Made by a program: the position numbers and the translations under genes. The notes beneath the pieces are model-generated. The model did not search any database. It was not told the DNA's origin and saw only the letters and a program-made list of their open reading frames with translations. A stretch of 61,727 bases of DNA, counting the filler, from Actinomycetota bacterium (GTDB lineage Bacteria; Actinomycetota; CADDZG01; JAHWKV01; JAOPZY01): assembly GCA_025963875.1 (NCBI GenBank). It is 6 parts of 6 records of this genome, joined end to end, with 100 filler letters (N's around TTAATTAATTAA, not from the genome) between each part and the next. Parts side by side here need not be neighbours in the genome. Positions count along the whole stretch, not along the records: positions 1 to 8,052 come from JAOPZY010000271.1; positions 8,153 to 14,384 come from JAOPZY010000006.1; 4 more parts are not named here. The stretch is one strand, 5' to 3'. This document shows positions 1-9,328 of this stretch, piece after piece (the stretch's first letter is position 1; each line of letters starts with the position of its first letter).

Positions 1-2
1 CC

Positions 3-353
3 TGCGCTCCGAGCGGCCCGACGATCCGCCTTGCGGACGGGCAGCGGGCGTCCACCCGTGGGGAGGCAGACGTCGCCGGCGTCTCCACCACCGTCATCGA
101 GATGGGCGATTTCTTCTTCAAGCCCACGATGCTGCGCGGCAGGCCCGGACAGCGCCTCACCGTCACCCTCAGCAACCAGGGCAACAGCCTCCACGATTTC
201 TCGATCCCGGCCCAGCACATCGACGCCAACGTCGAGGCCGGGACGCCCGTCACCGTCACGGTGACCTTCCCGCAGAAGGGGGCAGTCACCTTCGAGTGCC
301 GCTACCACCTTCTGCAGAACATGCGCGGCGAGCTTGCGACAGGAGGCGGCTAG
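3..353 (+). CDS. Cupredoxin-domain exported protein (5'-partial)
   Basis: Frame is open from the window edge (CAPSGPT...). F-x-P strand, HDF, and C-terminal C-x-x-H-x4-M (FECRYHLLQNM) type-1 copper ligand pattern. Confidence 0.8.
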   Translation, partial: CAPSGPTIRLADGQRASTRGEADVAGVSTTVIEMGDFFFKPTMLRGRPGQRLTVTLSNQGNSLHDFSIPAQHIDANVEAGTPVTVTVTFPQKGAVTFECRYHLLQNMRGELATGGG

Positions 354-358
354 GGCCC

Positions 359-640
359 CTACAGGTCGAGGGCCGGCTGGTTCTCCGGAGGGTGGCGCCG
401 GAGCGGCCTGGGCTCCGGTCCGTCCTCGTCCAGGGCCGGGTGCTCGACGACGGCCACGACCCGGGTGGCCATGAACCGGGCGCTGCGCACGGGCTGGCCG
501 GTGCGGGTGACCTCGGTCACCTCGACGGTACCCCGGCCGATGGTGATCTCCACCCGGCGGCCGGCCTTGGTGGCGACGATGTCGAAGGCGCGGGTGGCGT
601 TGCCCACGTCCACGAGGATCTCGACCCTGTCCCCCCTCAT
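359..640 (-). CDS. Small hypothetical protein
   Basis: Protein-like 93-aa ORF with GC3-rich codons, between two real genes. -10-like TAGGGT lies 8 nt before the ATG. Confidence 0.7.
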   Translation of the reverse strand: MRGDRVEILVDVGNATRAFDIVATKAGRRVEITIGRGTVEVTEVTRTGQPVRSARFMATRVVAVVEHPALDEDGPEPRPLRRHPPENQPALDL

Positions 641-670
641 GGACGCGAACCCTACCGGAGTCCGGGTCGG

Positions 671-2593
671 TCACGCACCGGCCTGGTGGGCCTTCACGAT
701 GGCGAGGACCGCCTCGCCGTAGTTGGCCACCTTGGCCGGGCCCACCCCCGAGACGTGGAGCAGCTCGGGGATAGTGGTGGGCCGCCGTCCGGCGATGTCG
801 ACAAGGGTCCGGTCGTGGAAGATCACGTAGGCGGGCAGGGACCGCTCCTTCGCCTCGTCGCGGCGCCACTCCTTCAGCGCCACCAGCAGGGGGGAACTCG
901 CGCCGGCCCCGCCCGGCCGGACGGGCGTCGCAGCCCGGGGAACCGTGCTGGCGGGTGGCTTGATCTCGTTGAGGAAGGGCGACGGGGCGAGGCGTCGGCG
1001 CGGGCCGTCGTCGCGCGTGGCGGCCCAGGAGAGGAACAGGTGCCGGCGGGCCCGCGTGATCCCGACGTAGAGCAGGCGGCGCTCCTCGGCCTGCTCCTCC
1101 GGGGACTTCGCGAGGGCGAAGGGCAGCTCGCGCTCCTCCAGGCGGGGCAGGAAGACGGCGTCGAACTCCTTGCCCTTGGAACGGTGGTAGGTGAGGATCT
1201 GCACGCCCCGGCCCTCCTCCTCCGGAGCGAAGCGGCGCACCAGATCCGCGACGAAGCCTGCGATCCCGCCGTTGCCCGGGTACTCGTGCGCCAGGTCGAG
1301 GAGGCGGCCGAGATCCGCCTGGCGGGTGGCCTCGTCCCCGGAGGCCTCGGCACCGGGTCGGTAGCCCATCCGCCCGACCACCGCCTCCACCGCCTCCGCC
1401 ACCTCTCCGGTGGCCCGGCGAAGCGCCGACAGGACCGCCCGGGCCGCCGGCCGGCGGAGGAAGGCGGCCCCGGCCACCTGGTAGGGGATGCGGTGCCGGG
1501 CAAGCTCCTGCTCCAGCGGCTCGGAGCGCCCGTTGATCCGGTACAGCACCGCGATCTCCTCCCAGGGACTGCCGCCGTCGTGCAGGCGCCTGGTCTCCCC
1601 GGCGATCCAGTCGACCTCGTCGGCCCCCGTGGCGAAGCTCCGGAGCGTCGGGGCCGGTCCTTCGTTCGCTGCGGCGGCGACGAGCTGGCGCGGCGGATCG
1701 CCGGCGGGAGCAAGGCGCACCGCCAGCCGGTTGGCGATGGCCAGCACCTCCGGTGTCGAGCGGTAGTTCACGCGCAGGTTCACCACCCTGCACCCCGGGT
1801 ACCGCGTGGCGAACTCGACGAGGTAGCGCGGCGTGGCTCCCGTGAAGCCGAAGATGGACTGGTAGTCGTCGCCGACGACGCACAGGTCGCGCCGGCCGCC
1901 GATCCAGGCGTCGAGCAGTCCCTGCTGCAGCAGGTTCACGTCCTGGTACTCGTCGACGGAGAAGGCTTCGTAGCGGTCGCGGATGCTCGCGGCAGCGGCG
2001 TCGCTGCCCTCGATCAGGTCCAGGGTCCGATCGAGCAGGTCCTCGAAGTCCATGAGGCCGCGCTCGCGCTTGCGTCGCTCGTAGGAGCCGTACACCCCGG
2101 CCATGAGATCAACGGGGATCGGCGGCACCCGGTCCCCGATCGCCTCCCGGTAGGCCTCCGGGGCGATGCGGCGGTTGCGTGCCCATTCGATCTCGGCGGC
2201 GATATCGCGCACCGACACGAAGCGGTGGGGCATGGGCAGCCGCTGGGTCAGCGGCATGAGGATGGGCGTCTTGGAGGGCAGGATCTCATCGCTGCGCCCG
2301 GAGAGGGCGCGGTACTGGGCGAGCGCCTCGGCGTGGAAGGTCTTGACCCGGACGCCGGGGAAGCCGAGCACCGCCAGCCGGGACCCCATCTCCTTGGCTG
2401 CCTTGTCCGTGAAGGTGACGGCGAGGATCCGTTCGGGGCGGTGGGTCCCTCCGGCCACCTGGTGGGCGATGCGCCGGGTGACCGTCGTCGTCTTGCCGGA
2501 CCCCGCTCCCGCCAGGATGACCACCGGCCCGCTGACACAGGCGACCGCCTGCACCTGCTCGTCGTTGAGGCCCTCGAAGATCCCGTCCGGCAT
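671..2593 (-). CDS. uvrD2: ATP-dependent DNA helicase UvrD2 (SF1 + HRDC domain)
   Basis: LNDEQ Q-motif, AGAGSGKT Walker A, VDEYQD, VGDDYQSIFGF, NYRS, TYHRSKGKEF, EERRLLYVGITRAR and a C-terminal HRDC (LKEWRRDEAKERSLPAYVIFHD). Start placed at the ATG 7 nt after -10 TATGGT. Confidence 0.93.
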   Translation of the reverse strand: MPDGIFEGLNDEQVQAVACVSGPVVILAGAGSGKTTTVTRRIAHQVAGGTHRPERILAVTFTDKAAKEMGSRLAVLGFPGVRVKTFHAEALAQYRALSGRSDEILPSKTPILMPLTQRLPMPHRFVSVRDIAAEIEWARNRRIAPEAYREAIGDRVPPIPVDLMAGVYGSYERRKRERGLMDFEDLLDRTLDLIEGSDAAAASIRDRYEAFSVDEYQDVNLLQQGLLDAWIGGRRDLCVVGDDYQSIFGFTGATPRYLVEFATRYPGCRVVNLRVNYRSTPEVLAIANRLAVRLAPAGDPPRQLVAAAANEGPAPTLRSFATGADEVDWIAGETRRLHDGGSPWEEIAVLYRINGRSEPLEQELARHRIPYQVAGAAFLRRPAARAVLSALRRATGEVAEAVEAVVGRMGYRPGAEASGDEATRQADLGRLLDLAHEYPGNGGIAGFVADLVRRFAPEEEGRGVQILTYHRSKGKEFDAVFLPRLEERELPFALAKSPEEQAEERRLLYVGITRARRHLFLSWAATRDDGPRRRLAPSPFLNEIKPPASTVPRAATPVRPGGAGASSPLLVALKEWRRDEAKERSLPAYVIFHDRTLVDIAGRRPTTIPELLHVSGVGPAKVANYGEAVLAIVKAHQAGA

Positions 2594-2680
2594 GGGTATC
2601 ACCATACCGATGAAACCGCTCGGGGACCCAGCTTTTGTCCCTACCCCTGGAGGGACCCCGGCCTTTACAATCGAGACACA

Positions 2681-3901
2681 ATGACCTGGGCATACGTGCT
2701 TCGGCCCCGGGAGATGGCAACCTTCCGGCGCTGCCGGAGGGCGTGGGATCTCGGCGCCCGGATCCGCCAGAATTACGTTCCTGCCCTGCCGCAGCACGTC
2801 TTCGACTTCGACAAGGCCATCCACGACGCCCTGGCCGTCTACTACTTCCCCGCCATGGACGACTGGGACCGGGCGATCGTCCGGCCCCTGGCGCTGAAGG
2901 GCTTCCTGCGCTCGCTCGAGGAGGACCGAGCCCGGCACGAGAAGAGTGCGCCGCTCACCCCCGAACAGGAGGAGGAATGGGACGAGGCGCTGCAGCGCGG
3001 CGAGGCGATGCTGACCGGCTACTTCGCCTGGGCCGCCCCCCAGGACAGCTTCGCCTCGATCTTCTCCGACCAGGAGTACTGGGCGCCGATCCCGGATCCC
3101 GCCGACCCCGGCTCCGACCTCGTCAACGCCGCCGGACGGGAGATCCGCTACCTGGGCCGGGTCGACCAGCTCTTTTCCGATCTCAACGACGAGTATTGGA
3201 TCGCGGACCACCGCATCGTCGGCAACGAGTGGGAGGACGACGACCAGCTCCTGCTGGACCTGGAGGGCATGGCCGCCCTCTGGGCAACCGAGCAGACCTA
3301 CCCGCAGCTGCGGATCGCCGGTATCGTTTACAACGAGCTGCGCATGGACGCGGAGCCGGGGTCGCTTCTTGGGCTGAACTTCGAGGAGGCCGACGGGTTC
3401 GACGCCCGTGCGGCGGGGCGGACGATGCGGAGGCCCCGTCACGTGCACACCCGCCGAAGCCCGCTCTCGCCCGAGCCGCCGGATCCGCTGGAGGCCATCC
3501 TCTCGCCCCAGTTGAGCGCCGAGGGGCAGGCCGTCGACTACATCGACTCCCGGGAGACCGGGGAGTGGTTCCGGCGGACCTACGTTCGGCGGGGCCGAAC
3601 CTCCGTGCGGAACATCGGTCTGCTGGTGGCGGCCGAGGCGATGCTGGTGGCGACGCCCGAGCTCCCCGTCTACCCCACGCCGTCAGAGGAGAACTGCGGC
3701 ACCTGCATCTTCCAGGCCCCCTGCCTGGCAATGACCGCCGGGGCGGACCCCGGCCCGATCCTCGAGGAGTCCTTCCGGCTCCGGACCGAGGAGGAGGGCG
3801 AAGAGGAGCGCCTGCGGTGGTCGGTCGGCCGGGCCCAGACCCGGACGTCGATGAGCGGCAAGGATTCCAAGCCCGACACCGTCAACTTCCACTGGGGCTG
3901 A
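2681..3901 (+). CDS. PD-(D/E)XK (Cas4/AddB-like) nuclease-family protein with a four-Cys Fe-S motif
   Basis: N-terminal TFRRCRRAW, IHDALAVYY, GRVD, WIADHR, and C-terminal CGTCIFQAPC. TACAAT lies upstream of ATG 2681. The longer 296..3901 ORF is an antisense shadow extension. Confidence 0.75.
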   Translation: MTWAYVLRPREMATFRRCRRAWDLGARIRQNYVPALPQHVFDFDKAIHDALAVYYFPAMDDWDRAIVRPLALKGFLRSLEEDRARHEKSAPLTPEQEEEWDEALQRGEAMLTGYFAWAAPQDSFASIFSDQEYWAPIPDPADPGSDLVNAAGREIRYLGRVDQLFSDLNDEYWIADHRIVGNEWEDDDQLLLDLEGMAALWATEQTYPQLRIAGIVYNELRMDAEPGSLLGLNFEEADGFDARAAGRTMRRPRHVHTRRSPLSPEPPDPLEAILSPQLSAEGQAVDYIDSRETGEWFRRTYVRRGRTSVRNIGLLVAAEAMLVATPELPVYPTPSEENCGTCIFQAPCLAMTAGADPGPILEESFRLRTEEEGEEERLRWSVGRAQTRTSMSGKDSKPDTVNFHWG

Positions 3902-3923
3902 GGGGCGCGGTGATCTTTGCCGC

Positions 3924-3958
3924 GTCGAATTCTCCACATTATTTGTGGAAAATTCGAC
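3924..3958. repeat. AT-rich 15-bp inverted repeat between convergent genes (terminator or REP-like)
   Basis: GTCGAATTCTCCACA-ttatt-TGTGGAAAATTCGAC, one mismatch. Confidence 0.6.
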
Positions 3959-3991
3959 ACACCTCGGACTCGGAGTCTCGGAGCCAGACTC

Positions 3992-5809
3992 CTACTTGGC
4001 GTACAGGCGCTCGATGGCGTCCGCGTACTTCTCGATGATGATCTTGCGGCGGACCTTGAGCGTGGGGGTGATCTCTTCGGCGTCGAGGCTGAAGTCCCGC
4101 GGCAGGACGCTCCACTTCTTGATGCCCTCGGCGTGCGACATCTCGCCGTTGACCCGCTCGACCGCCGCCCCGACCGCCTCCAGCACCCTCGGGTTGGCCG
4201 AGAGGTCGGTCATGTCGGTGTAGGTGATGCCCTGGTCCGCCGCCCACTTCGGGCAGGTCTCGGCGTCGAGGGTGATGAGCGCCACGAGGTACGGCCGCCG
4301 GTCCCCGATGACGAGGGCCTGGGAGATGATCGGCTCGGACTTGAGGCGCTCCTCCAGGATCTGCGGCGGGACGTTCTTGCCGCTGGCGGTGACGATGATG
4401 TCCTTCTTGCGGTCGGTGATCTTGATGTAGCCGGCCTCGTCGAACTGGCCGACGTCGCCCGTGCGGAAGAAGCCGTCGGAGGTCATGGCGGCCGCCGTCG
4501 CCTCGTCGTTCTTGTAGTAGCCGCTGAAGACGTTGTAGCCCTTGACCAGCAGCTCGCCGTCGCTGTCGAACCGGACCTGCACCCCGGGCAGGGGCGGCCC
4601 AACCGTGCCGATGCGGATCTTGCCGGCGGGGTTCACCGAGACGGGCGCTGTCGTCTCCGTCAGGCCGTAGCCTTCGACGAGACGGACGCCGAGGGCATGC
4701 ACGAAGCCCAGCACCTCGGTCGAGATCGGGGCCGCCCCGGTGACCGCCAGCGCGCAGGCATCCATGCCGAGCTCGTGGCGCAGCTTGGAGAGCACCAGGT
4801 GGTCGAGCAGGGCGTGGCGCTTCGCCAGGGCGAACGGGACCGGCTTGCCCGACTGCTCCAGGGCCACCTTCTCCTTGCCGGCCGCAATTGCCTTCGTGAT
4901 GAGCGCCCGCTTGACGGTCGGCTGCTTGGCGACATTGGCCTGGACCCCGGCGTAGAACTTCTCGTACACCCTCGGGACGCCGATGAAGAGGGTCGGGCGG
5001 CAGTCCTTGAGGTTGGCCACCAGCTTCTCGAGAGACTCCGCGAACCAGACCTCGGCCCCCAGGTAGATGGCCGCCCACTCCCCGATCAGGCGCTCGAAGA
5101 TGTGCGAAAGCGGAAGGTAGGAGATCATCCGGTGCCCGTCGCCGGTGAGGCCCATGACCCCGACCCCGGCGGCGACGGTGTCGGTGAAGTTCGTGTGGGT
5201 CAGCATCGCTCCCTTGGGCTCCCCGGTGGTCCCGGAGGTGTAGACGATGGTGGCGATGTCGTGGGGCTCGATGGCGGCGATCCGGTCGTCGAGGGCAGGC
5301 GGGTACGCAGCGGCATACTTGGACCCTGCCTTGCGCAGGTCGTCGTAGGAGATGACGCCGGGCTCGTCGCCGGCGCCTTCCCCGGTCATGACCACGACGG
5401 TCTTCAGCAGCGGGAGCTCGTCACGGACCTTGAGCACCTTGTCCAGCTGGTCGCGGTCCTCCACGATCACGACGGTCGACTCGGAGTGTCCGATGACGTG
5501 GCCCACCTGGCGGGGGGAGTTCGTCACGTAGATGGGGGCGCTGCGGGCGCCGGCCGACAGGATGGCAAGGTCGGACAGGATCCACTCCGCGCGGTTCTTC
5601 GACAGGAGGGACACGCAGGAACCCGGCTCCACGCCGAGGCTGATCAGCCCGTTGGCGACCTCCCTGGTGCGGCCAGCCAGCTCGCCGTAGGTGATGGTCG
5701 TCCAGGCATCTCCCGATTTGGTCCGGAAGGCGACGGCGTCCGGGGTCGCCTTGACCCGGCCGGCGAACAACTCTACGAGCGTGCTGCCTGTCACCCCTGC
5801 CATGACCAT
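3992..5809 (-). CDS. Long-chain fatty acid--CoA ligase (AMP-dependent synthetase)
   Basis: YTSGTTGEPKG, YLPLSHIFE, EGYGLTET, GFFRTGD, DRKKDIIVTASGKNV, TPTLKVRR. Confidence 0.93.
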   Translation of the reverse strand: MVMAGVTGSTLVELFAGRVKATPDAVAFRTKSGDAWTTITYGELAGRTREVANGLISLGVEPGSCVSLLSKNRAEWILSDLAILSAGARSAPIYVTNSPRQVGHVIGHSESTVVIVEDRDQLDKVLKVRDELPLLKTVVVMTGEGAGDEPGVISYDDLRKAGSKYAAAYPPALDDRIAAIEPHDIATIVYTSGTTGEPKGAMLTHTNFTDTVAAGVGVMGLTGDGHRMISYLPLSHIFERLIGEWAAIYLGAEVWFAESLEKLVANLKDCRPTLFIGVPRVYEKFYAGVQANVAKQPTVKRALITKAIAAGKEKVALEQSGKPVPFALAKRHALLDHLVLSKLRHELGMDACALAVTGAAPISTEVLGFVHALGVRLVEGYGLTETTAPVSVNPAGKIRIGTVGPPLPGVQVRFDSDGELLVKGYNVFSGYYKNDEATAAAMTSDGFFRTGDVGQFDEAGYIKITDRKKDIIVTASGKNVPPQILEERLKSEPIISQALVIGDRRPYLVALITLDAETCPKWAADQGITYTDMTDLSANPRVLEAVGAAVERVNGEMSHAEGIKKWSVLPRDFSLDAEEITPTLKVRRKIIIEKYADAIERLYAK

Positions 5810-5923
5810 GCCTCCTCAGCTCACAGGCGGGTGGCCGGCACCGCCGTCGAACGTCCTATGGAGATGTCCTCTGCAGCTGTCCAATGTAGATTATGGCCCC
5901 ATCGGCGCCGACATGGAGGCCGC

Positions 5924-6022
5924 CCCCGAGGCGCCCCTCAAGGCGCCGTGTCAAGACCCCGAGGCGCCCCTCAAGGCGCCGTGTAAAGACCCCGAGGCGC
6001 CCCTCAAGGCGCCGTGTAAAGA
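5924..6022. repeat. Tandem repeat, 3 x 33 bp
   Basis: Unit CCCCGAGGCGCCCCTCAAGGCGCCGTGT(C/A)AAGA at 5924, 5957 and 5990. Overlaps the 3' end of the M48 gene. Confidence 0.95.
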
Positions 6023-7183
6023 CAAGGCCATCCGCTCGGCGGCTGGTGGGTGGCTCGCCAGCAGGTACGCCCAGCGGGAGGGCGCAAGGTCGCTGAGGTT
6101 CTTCACGGCCAGGTCCCGCTGCATACCCCTGAAGGCGTCGAACCCACCATCGCCGTCCGACCATCGCAGCGCATCCATGTCCGCCTGGCGCTCCCAGGCC
6201 CGGGAGAGCCACAGGGTCACGGGCATCCACACTGCCTGCATCACCGAGACCGCGAGGAGGGCGACCGGCACCGCCGCCGGGTCGGCCGCACCTCGGATCC
6301 CCGCCCATGACTGTACGGCCGGCGAGGCCAGGAGCAGGTGGAGCGCGTAGAGGCCGGGCAGCATCACGGCGGCGCTGATCGCCAGCATCCGCTGGAGATG
6401 GCGGCGGCGCCAGTGGCCGAGCTCGTGGGCGAGGACCGCCAGCGTCGCGGACGGCTCGTAGTCCGCCAGCAGCGTGTCCCAGAGGACGACGCGCTTGGTG
6501 CGGCCGAGGCCAGTGAAGTAGGCGTTGTGCTTGGCGGTCCTCCGGCTGGCGTCCATCACGAGGACCTGGCGGATCCGCACGCCGACCCGGCGGCCGAGCT
6601 CGACGGCCCGCTCGGACAGCCAGGGGTCGTCCAGCGGACGGAACTTGTTGAACAGCGGCGCCAGGACCGCGGGGGCCACGGCGACGAGCACGACCGACAG
6701 CACGACAGCCCCTGCCCAGGCGAACAGCCACCATGCAGGGGTCGCCCGGACGAGCGCGAAGAAGCCGAGCGCGGCAGCGTTCGACAGGACCAGGGACACC
6801 AGCAACTCCTTCAGCCGGTCCGCCGCCCATCCTCCGGCCGTCTGGTGGGAGAAGCCCCACCGCCGCTCGTAGCCAAGGCGCCAGGCGCCGAACGGCAGGC
6901 CGAGGAGCGTGCCCGCCACCACGAGGGCCGAGACGACTTCGAGCACCTGCACCCACCACGGCGCTGCACCAGGGCCGCCCAGGAGCCTGGCCGCCGCATG
7001 GGTGGCAACGGCGGCCACGAGCAGCGCCAGACCGAGCAGCGACTCGGCGAGGCCCACCCGGCGCAGGGGGCGGCGGTAGGAGGCGGCACGGGCGATCTCG
7101 CCGTCCGTGAACCAGGCGCGGGGGTCCGCCGGGAGGCGCCGGTAGAGGTTCAGCTCCCCCGCGCCTGCTCCCGGGCGGGCCAC
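5951..7183 (-). CDS. M48 family (Ste24-like) membrane zinc metalloprotease
   Basis: Several TM helices, PLFNKFRPL, NAYFTGLGRTKRVVLWDTLL, AHELGH, ERQAD, SHPPAAER. Start is approximate (GTG just after the upstream stop). Confidence 0.9.
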   Translation of the reverse strand: MARPGAGAGELNLYRRLPADPRAWFTDGEIARAASYRRPLRRVGLAESLLGLALLVAAVATHAAARLLGGPGAAPWWVQVLEVVSALVVAGTLLGLPFGAWRLGYERRWGFSHQTAGGWAADRLKELLVSLVLSNAAALGFFALVRATPAWWLFAWAGAVVLSVVLVAVAPAVLAPLFNKFRPLDDPWLSERAVELGRRVGVRIRQVLVMDASRRTAKHNAYFTGLGRTKRVVLWDTLLADYEPSATLAVLAHELGHWRRRHLQRMLAISAAVMLPGLYALHLLLASPAVQSWAGIRGAADPAAVPVALLAVSVMQAVWMPVTLWLSRAWERQADMDALRWSDGDGGFDAFRGMQRDLAVKNLSDLAPSRWAYLLASHPPAAERMALSLHGALRGASGSLHGALRGASGS

Positions 7184-7185
7184 GG

Positions 7186-8040
7186 TCAGATCACTGCGGA
7201 GAGACGGTTCGACGAGATGAAATCCTCGGTCATGTAGAACGCCTCGCGGGTGAGGGCACGCGTCTTGCGGCTGAAGATCACCGCGAGCTCGCGGCGGCCG
7301 TCGGGATAGTGGAGGAACACCTTGATCGTCGAGGCGTCGATCTCCACCTCGTTCCAGGACGATGGCGTCAGGCCGCGCAGGCGCTTCGTCGAGCACGTCC
7401 CGGAGTTGGCGATGAGGATGCCGTTGATGCCCCAGAAGAACGGCACGTGCTTGTGGCCCGAGACGATGAGGTCGATGTCCAGGCTCGTGAGTTGGGCCAG
7501 GAGGTCGCCGGCGTCCGTGACGATGTTGCGCTCCCGGCCCGTGCCGGGCACCGAGACGAGGTGGTGATGGATGGCGAAGATCTTGATGTCGCCCGGTTCG
7601 TTGAACTGGGTGCGGATCCACTGGTAGCGGTCCCGCCCCACCCGGCCCTCGTCCAGGTCGGGCTCCGAGGAGTCGACGCCGACGACGGTGAACCCCGTCG
7701 CCCGCAACCGCTCCGCACGGACCGGGTCGAACGCCCGGCGGAGGCGGGAGAACCGGTTGCCGAAGTAGCGCTCGAAGTGCACCCAGCCGACGTTGCGGGC
7801 GTCGTGGTTGCCCGGGATGATCACCTTCGGGGGCTCGATCTGGGCCACGATCCCCGCTGCCTCGATGTACTCGTCCTCGTAGCCGGCGGTGGTCAAGTCA
7901 CCCGCCACCACCACGACGTCGGGGTGCATGCGGTTGATGGTCTCGATCGCCCTTGCCATGACGTCGTGCTGAAAGGTGACCTCTCCGGCGTGGACGTCAG
8001 AAATCTGGGCGATCCGCAGCGGCACCTGGTAGTAGGACAC
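7186..8040 (-). CDS. Calcineurin-like metallophosphoesterase
   Basis: SDVH, AGDLT, PGNHD, HHH, SGHKH motifs. AAGGAG RBS before the GTG. Confidence 0.92.
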   Translation of the reverse strand: MSYYQVPLRIAQISDVHAGEVTFQHDVMARAIETINRMHPDVVVVAGDLTTAGYEDEYIEAAGIVAQIEPPKVIIPGNHDARNVGWVHFERYFGNRFSRLRRAFDPVRAERLRATGFTVVGVDSSEPDLDEGRVGRDRYQWIRTQFNEPGDIKIFAIHHHLVSVPGTGRERNIVTDAGDLLAQLTSLDIDLIVSGHKHVPFFWGINGILIANSGTCSTKRLRGLTPSSWNEVEIDASTIKVFLHYPDGRRELAVIFSRKTRALTREAFYMTEDFISSNRLSAVI

Positions 8041-8052
8041 TGCGTGCTCCTT

Positions 8053-8152
8053 NNNNNNNNNNNNNNNNNNNNNNNNNNNNNNNNNNNNNNNNNNNNTTAA
8101 TTAATTAANNNNNNNNNNNNNNNNNNNNNNNNNNNNNNNNNNNNNNNNNNNN
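8053..8152. other. Artificial contig linker
   Basis: N44-TTAATTAATTAA-N44 (stops in all six frames). Confidence 0.99.
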
Positions 8153-8307
8153 CTGGCGGTCAGCTCATCCGTTCACGGGTACAGCACAGCGTTCCTCGTC
8201 GGATCGTGCATCGCCTTCGCTGCCTTCCTCATTGCCCTGGCGGGATTCCGCCCGCGCCCGCCCGGCCGCCCAGTCGGCGGCACCGACAACGAACCGCACA
8301 GCAGGGC

Positions 8308-8420
8308 CTAGAACCCGAGCGACTCGCGCACCAGCAGCGCCGTGATCCGGCCGGGGGTGATCACTCGGTTGATGACGAGGATGTTCTTGACGCCGCTGGG
8401 TACGCTGTACGCCTCGCGAC
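8308..8420 (-). pseudogene. 3' remnant of a LUD-domain-like gene
   Basis: Reads ...EAYSVPSGVKNILVINRVITPGRITALLVRESLGF*, which resembles LUD-domain C-termini as recalled. No 5' part present. Confidence 0.45.
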
Positions 8421-8681
8421 GACCTCGCTCGACGTCCTTCCGTCGAGGTCCCGGGGGTCGAAGTCGTTCGTGGCGTCGATGACGATCTGACCGCTCCATC
8501 GGAGGCCCTCGAGGGCCTCCGGGACCCTGTCCCCGGGCACGGCAATGACGACGATTCCGGCTGCCGCGGCGTCGGCCACGGTCCCCGCAGACGCTCCGTC
8601 GCCCAGCGCCGAGACCAGCGACGCCAGCGATTCGGGGCCGCGGCTGTTGGCGATGACGACGGGGCGGTCCGCTCGCTTCAT
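8361..8681 (-). pseudogene. Truncated NADP oxidoreductase (F420-dependent family) fragment
   Basis: ANSRGPESL, VIAVP, IVIDATN and TSSEVVA are present, but the N-terminal GxGxxG and the C-terminal half are missing. Confidence 0.7.
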
Positions 8682-9328
8682 CAGCTCCCTCCGTCGTATT
8701 CGGACGCGAACAGGTAGCCCACGGCCAGGCTTCGGTACGGCCGCCAACGCTCCGCCAACTCGAGCATCTCGTCTTCGGTGGGAGCGTGGTCGAGTCCGTA
8801 GGCGCGTTGGATGGCACGCCGGAGGGCAACGTCGCCGGACAGGAACACGTCGGGCCGGTCGAGGGCCACGAGCAGGAAGCCGTGCGCCGTCCACGGCCCA
8901 ATGCCCGGGACTTCTGTCAGGACAGCCTCGACATCTTCGTCGGTCATCTTCGACAAGGCCTCGTCGGTGACACGACCATCAACGAATCGTTCCGCCAGCG
9001 CCCGCAGCGTCTCGCCCTTGCGGGCGGAGAGGCCATTGGCGCGCAGCACGTCGGGATCCGCAGCGAGTAGTTCGGCCGGTGACGGCAGGCGCCCTCCGAA
9101 GTGCTCCTCGATGCGGGACACGATCGCCCGCGTCGCACGAACCGAGAGCTGTTGGCCGGCGACCTGGAAGATCAGCGTTCCAAAGGCGTCAAGGGGAGGC
9201 AGCTCGTCGAGCCAGGCGCGCGGGCGGAAGTCCGGGCGCGCATCGATTATCCGACCGAGCACCGGGTCGGCCTTGCGCAGAAACGCCCGCGCCTTTCGGT
9301 CGGCCAAGGCTGCTCCGGTCACGGTCAT
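8681..9328 (-). CDS. DNA-3-methyladenine glycosylase II family (HhH-GPD, AlkA-like)
   Basis: GQQLSVRA, GLSARKG, LTEVPGIGPWTA, GDVALRRA, WRPYRS. ATGA overlap with the upstream stop. Confidence 0.9.
   Translation of the reverse strand: MTVTGAALADRKARAFLRKADPVLGRIIDARPDFRPRAWLDELPPLDAFGTLIFQVAGQQLSVRATRAIVSRIEEHFGGRLPSPAELLAADPDVLRANGLSARKGETLRALAERFVDGRVTDEALSKMTDEDVEAVLTEVPGIGPWTAHGFLLVALDRPDVFLSGDVALRRAIQRAYGLDHAPTEDEMLELAERWRPYRSLAVGYLFASEYDGGS

Noticed and set aside
296..2680. Apparent 1201-aa ORF (long N-terminal extension of the Cas4-like protein)
   Set aside because: The first 795 codons are the antisense shadow of uvrD2 and ORF 359-640. Protein-like sequence begins at ATG 2681.
5924..6022. 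33-bp repeats as a CRISPR array (tempting given the nearby Cas4-like gene)
   Set aside because: The units are directly adjacent with no spacers, and there are no cas1/cas2 or effector genes.
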